Source: a virus (taxonomy: Duplodnaviria > Caudoviricetes). From it: a stretch of 38,483 nt of DNA. The DNA is taken from positions 1 through 38,483 of the IMG/VR virus record IMGVR_UViG_3300025277_000056; one strand, 5' to 3'. Shown here piece by piece: positions 34,617 to 38,483 of the stretch. The notes beneath the pieces were generated by a model, which worked only from the letters and a program-made list of their open reading frames with translations, did not search any database and was not told where the DNA came from. A program made the translations under genes and the position numbers. The first letter of the stretch is position 1; each line of letters starts with the position of its first letter.

Positions 34617-35549
34617 TTAGCTTGTTGCTCCGTTTCTTGTACCTGTAGCTGTAAATGTTGCAGTATTTCCGTTTAAGTTTACTGCTTTACCCGCTGCACC
34701 AGCAGCACCAACTGCTCCGTTTGAGTCTTCAGTACTACCAAGTGTTCCTGCTGCTCCAACTGCTCCAGCTGCTCCACCATCACCACCAGAATAAGAACTA
34801 GAACCGCCTCCTGCTCCAGCCGAACTTACTGTACCCGCAGCTCCTGCTGTTCCATTTGTGTTGGTAGTTCCACCAGATGCTACACCGCCTGCTCCAGCAG
34901 CTCCACCACCAAAGCCGCCACCACCACCATCACCACCTCTTCTTTCTGAAGCACTGTCAGGCAAAGCTTTATAAGTAGAACCACCACCGCCACCGCCACC
35001 GCCGCCGCCAGAGATAGTTCCACCTGTATTATCTATAGTGGTATCAAATTGTAAATTTATAGCATGTCCACCAGCACCACCAGCTACCGCAGATGATGCT
35101 GTACTACTTGAAACTGCTCCACCTGCTCCCCCGTCTCCCCCGTCTCCTACAATGGTAGAGTTATTGTCTATTGTAATAGTGTCTCCGCTTGTCCAACCAG
35201 AGCCAGTATCTAAAGCTGCTGTTCCTGTAGATGAAGATGAAATTACTGCATTATTAACAAGGGTAATATCAGCAAAACCTGCAACATATGTTCCGCCTTT
35301 GTTACTAAAAATACTATAGTTTGCTGTATTACTGCCTATGGTTAATGTAATAGCTACACGAGCTGAAGACCCGTAGAACTCAGATAATGCTATAGTTCCT
35401 GTACTTGGTATAGTTCCGCTGTCACCACTTGTGCCTGAAGCTACATTATCGCCACCAGCATAATATTCTGACATGGATATTGGATTAGACCCGCCAAACT
35501 CTGTTTGAATGGCTGAAAACGCTAAGGACCCTGAACTAGGTATCGCCAT
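34617..35549 (-). CDS. Glycine-rich tail-fibre distal subunit / adhesin-like protein
   Basis: SSG-x-L...I-x-x-EFGG...S-x-S-EYY N-terminus and many GGxGG polyglycine segments. Confidence 0.7.
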   Translation of the reverse strand: MAIPSSGSLAFSAIQTEFGGSNPISMSEYYAGGDNVASGTSGDSGTIPSTGTIALSEFYGSSARVAITLTIGSNTANYSIFSNKGGTYVAGFADITLVNNAVISSSSTGTAALDTGSGWTSGDTITIDNNSTIVGDGGDGGAGGAVSSSTASSAVAGGAGGHAINLQFDTTIDNTGGTISGGGGGGGGGGSTYKALPDSASERRGGDGGGGGFGGGAAGAGGVASGGTTNTNGTAGAAGTVSSAGAGGGSSSYSGGDGGAAGAVGAAGTLGSTEDSNGAVGAAGAAGKAVNLNGNTATFTATGTRNGATS

Positions 35550-35553
35550 CTAT

Positions 35554-36876
35554 TTACCCCTTCTTTAGTTCATCTACTTCGGCTTTTAATTCTTTAATTG
35601 CTTCAATAAGAACACCAACAAGATTGCCGTAAGCAACTGACATATATTCCCCTTTATCATGTACTACTTCTGGCATTATTTTTTGCACTTCTTGAGCAAT
35701 CACACCTGTGCCTTGTCTACCATCTCTAGTAAAAGTGACACCTCTCATATTTTTTACTTTAGTCAAAGCATCTTCAATAGTCTCAATATCATCTTTTAGA
35801 CGTTCATCTGAGAAAGCTGTAACATCATTATTAAAAGTCGCAGCCCCAGCTCCACTCATATCAAGTGTTAATGCTGTTATAGTTGAGCCACCATCATTAC
35901 CTTTAAAAATTATATCTTTATCGGATATTGCGGAGTGAACAACAAAATCACTAGAACTATTTGTGAACCTTCCAATCTCCGTACCAGCATCTTTAAAAAT
36001 AACATCTCCACCATCAGCATCTAATACAATATCTCCAGCTACATCTACTGTTAAATCACCACTAGATAAGTCAATTTCAGTTCCATCAATAGTTATATTA
36101 TCTACTATTACACCAGCATTTGCTGTGACTGTGCTGTTAAAACTAGCAGCTCCTGCTGCACTCATATCTAGTGTTAATGCCGTAATCCCACTACCACCAT
36201 CATTACCTTGAATAAGGACATCCTTGTCGCTAACCAAAGATTTTATGGTTAGGTTATCGCTATCCATGCTAACATGACCGACATTCGTACTACCATCTTT
36301 AAAGATAACTTCTTCTCCACCAGCATCTAATATAATATCTGCTGCTACATCTAAAGTTAAATCTCCAGAGGATAAGTCTATTTCTGTACCATCTATAGTT
36401 ATATTATCAACAGTAACTCCTGCATCAGCATCAACTACACCACTAAAAGTTGCAGCTCCAGCTGTTAAAGTAGTTACATGAGTAACAGCATCAACAACAT
36501 TAGTACCGTCGTTATACACCCACATAGTTTTGCCTGTTGGAACAGCAATTCCTGTTCCTGATGGAGTTTTAATAGTGATTGTGTCAGCAGTACCATTATT
36601 AACTATATAAGGTTTTTCTATAGCTGGAACTACTAAATTTTGTGCTCCACCTGATGTACCTGTTAAATTAAGTCTTAGATGACGAGCTGATTGTGTTCCG
36701 TTTGAATCTGTTAAGGTAAGAGTTGCTGTACCACTTGAAAATGCTACATCAACTGATTCGGCAATAGCTTCTTCTATTGCTGTACCTAAATTAGTATTAG
36801 TTGTGGTACCCCAGCTTCCTGATTGTTCTCCAGTACCTATTAATTCTATTTTTAAATTTGAATATGAACTAGCCAT
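35554..36876 (-). CDS. Tail fibre with C-terminal intramolecular chaperone (peptidase S74)
   Basis: F-SDERLK-x-x-I...RGV-x-F...G-x-IAQEV...Y-x-x-L...L-x-EAIKEL; internal 102-aa duplication. Confidence 0.88.
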   Translation of the reverse strand: MASSYSNLKIELIGTGEQSGSWGTTTNTNLGTAIEEAIAESVDVAFSSGTATLTLTDSNGTQSARHLRLNLTGTSGGAQNLVVPAIEKPYIVNNGTADTITIKTPSGTGIAVPTGKTMWVYNDGTNVVDAVTHVTTLTAGAATFSGVVDADAGVTVDNITIDGTEIDLSSGDLTLDVAADIILDAGGEEVIFKDGSTNVGHVSMDSDNLTIKSLVSDKDVLIQGNDGGSGITALTLDMSAAGAASFNSTVTANAGVIVDNITIDGTEIDLSSGDLTVDVAGDIVLDADGGDVIFKDAGTEIGRFTNSSSDFVVHSAISDKDIIFKGNDGGSTITALTLDMSGAGAATFNNDVTAFSDERLKDDIETIEDALTKVKNMRGVTFTRDGRQGTGVIAQEVQKIMPEVVHDKGEYMSVAYGNLVGVLIEAIKELKAEVDELKKG

Positions 36877-36937
36877 TCTTTTCTCCTTTCTCCTTTACGC
36901 TCTATTGTACCATCATCTAATTTTTTTGCTTGTATTA

Positions 36938-37081
36938 TCATACGGGTATCTCCGTCCAATTCGGTGTTTGAGAAGTACTTATTGCTGCCCAACTCGGTGT
37001 TTGGGAAGTATTTATACTACCCCATATTGGAGTTAAAGAAGAAATAGGCTGTTCAGCAAAAGCGAAAAAACAAAATGGCAT
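36938..37081 (-). CDS. Small tail-cluster protein (47 aa; not in ORF track)
   Basis: Manual translation MPFCFFAFAEQPISSLTPIWGSINTSQTPSWAAISTSQTPNWTEIPV; starts just after the upstream stop. Confidence 0.7.
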   Translation of the reverse strand: MPFCFFAFAEQPISSLTPIWGSINTSQTPSWAAISTSQTPNWTEIPV

Positions 37082-37082
37082 A

Positions 37083-37424
37083 TTATTGTCCTAGTGGGTT
37101 ATCGTTAATAATATCATATACTTTAGCTAATTCTCTTTCCATCCAAGCAGCTAATTCATCTTCCATGTCTTTAGCTTCAATATCAAGTTTTTCTATAGCG
37201 TTGTACATCTCTTTAAGAGAATCATTATTAAATTGCACTCGTTCTTCTACTGTAGTTAATCTGTCATTTAATACACCAGTATTGCTACTAGCTACCTTAC
37301 CTTCCGTAGCCACCAAACGTGTGCTTAGGTCTGACATCCACCATACGAACCCACCTGCTGCTGGAACTACTGATAAGATTATCGTAAGTAGCACTGCTGG
37401 TGAAAGCACTAATGTCTTGTTCAT
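37083..37424 (-). CDS. Membrane-anchored coiled-coil protein (113 aa)
   Basis: N-terminal hydrophobic segment then heptad helix; AGGAG RBS. Confidence 0.75.
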   Translation of the reverse strand: MNKTLVLSPAVLLTIILSVVPAAGGFVWWMSDLSTRLVATEGKVASSNTGVLNDRLTTVEERVQFNNDSLKEMYNAIEKLDIEAKDMEDELAAWMERELAKVYDIINDNPLGQ

Positions 37425-38483
37425 ATATCATCTCCTGTGTCAAAGACACTGTTTCTTGTATTTTAATTGTTTCAGTTATCATTTGCAAATATGCTTCTGG
37501 TAGAATGATTGTAACCATACTTTGCACGCCATTAATTTGAGTTGTATTTTTATTATTTGTATTTTTAATTGAGTTTTTAGTTTTATTGGTTTTACTGGCG
37601 GAGGTTTTAGTACCATCTTTGTTACTATTTTTATTTTTTTTAGGTCTATTTTTCTTGACGGTTTTATTTTTAGTACTTGGCTTTTTCTTAACTCCTTTTT
37701 TATTGGAGTCGGAGGATTTTGATAACTTGCTGTCATCATTTTTTCCATCTGTTTCTGTACTCTCCTGTTCTGACGTTTCGGCAGTTTCTTCTTCTTGTTC
37801 ATTTTCGCTCTCCTGAATATCTTCAACATCTTCATTATTAGTATCTTCAGCTTCTGCTAAATCTTCTTCCATAGTATCTTCAGATAATTCTTCTGCAACT
37901 TCAATTACCTCGGCTTCTAATTCTTCTGCGACTTCAGCTACTTCGGTTTCTAACTCTACTGGTTCTTCTATTTCTTGAATTTCTTGTATAGGTTCTATCT
38001 CAACAGTTTCTGGTAAATCTACAGGCATTTCAATTTCATTAATCGGTTGAATATCAACCATATTAGGTAACTCTATTTCAGGCATATCAACTGTTTCAAT
38101 GGGAGATATACTTATTTCTATATTTTCTATTTCAGGCATATCAATCATTTCTAGTTCAGGCATCACTTGAATATCTTGAATTAAATCTAAGGTTACTTCG
38201 GTAGATAAATCTAAACCCCCTATCATAGTTTCAACTACTACTTCTTCTACTATCGGGGCTATATATTCTTCAATAGTTAAAGTCAAATTAATATTATCTA
38301 TAAGAGGACCGTACCAATTACTGCTATTACCAGTATCATTCCCTGTTATAGTTAAACTAATATTTAAGTCATTAGTATTAAATGTCCCCTCTACTTCTTC
38401 AGTAAAAGAATAAGTAGACCAGCCATCTTCATAGGGAGCTTCGGTTGTATTAGTTATTATTTCGGTAGTATCAGTAGATGATA
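37297..38483 (-). CDS. Large acidic protein, 5'-truncated by the window edge
   Basis: Frame stays open from 38286 to the window end (...WSTYSF...TITGND...WYGPLIDNINL, jelly-roll/CBM-like), then an E/P-rich linker and a K/N-rich segment. Confidence 0.75.
   Translation of the reverse strand, partial: SSTDTTEIITNTTEAPYEDGWSTYSFTEEVEGTFNTNDLNISLTITGNDTGNSSNWYGPLIDNINLTLTIEEYIAPIVEEVVVETMIGGLDLSTEVTLDLIQDIQVMPELEMIDMPEIENIEISISPIETVDMPEIELPNMVDIQPINEIEMPVDLPETVEIEPIQEIQEIEEPVELETEVAEVAEELEAEVIEVAEELSEDTMEEDLAEAEDTNNEDVEDIQESENEQEEETAETSEQESTETDGKNDDSKLSKSSDSNKKGVKKKPSTKNKTVKKNRPKKNKNSNKDGTKTSASKTNKTKNSIKNTNNKNTTQINGVQSMVTIILPEAYLQMITETIKIQETVSLTQEMIYEQDISAFTSSATYDNLISSSSSRWVRMVDVRPKHTFGGYGR

Noticed and set aside
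22548-37835. Plus-strand and alternative-frame ORFs inside late genes (e.g. 22548..22856, 24989..25300, 35038..35319, 37075..37503, 37479..37835)
   Set aside because: Shadow frames of low-complexity structural genes with no RBS or motifs

Overview
AT-rich dsDNA tailed-phage (Caudoviricetes, probably podovirus-like) genome segment with two convergent arms. The first ~0.9 kb is non-coding. The + strand (~0.9-20.5 kb) carries many small early ORFs, a MoxR-like AAA+ ATPase / HExxH-VWA / DUF3150-like trio, an HNH-type and a VRR-NUC nuclease, a TraR/DksA-like protein, and a replication block: family A DNA polymerase (Leu762 type), Cas4-like PD-(D/E)XK exonuclease, SNF2 helicase, two tandem putative ssDNA-binding proteins, an HTH protein and a primase-DUF927 helicase. 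The - strand (~20.5 kb to the right edge) carries virion genes: a 2044-aa internal/polyvalent protein, putative ejection proteins, a tail nozzle-like protein, M15 endolysin, holin-like protein and an S74-chaperone tail fibre. No capsid, terminase, integrase, RNA polymerase or cas operon was recognised in the window. Most notable unexplained structure: (1) seven exact, co-oriented copies of the 18-bp palindrome TGTATCG-CATA-CGATACA confined to the early region, one in-frame inside a CDS, plus a six-copy 16-bp start leader AGGAGTAAAAA(C/T)TATG, which together give the early region a cassette-like layout; (2) a CRISPR-geometry mini-array (~35-bp repeat / 34-bp spacer, exact 69-bp period) at 552-724; (3) an FtsK-gamma-like winged-helix domain inside the giant virion protein; (4) a T7 gp2.5-like SSB sharing a C-terminal tail motif with its unrelated neighbour. 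All family assignments come from motif recognition by eye; no database searches were run.
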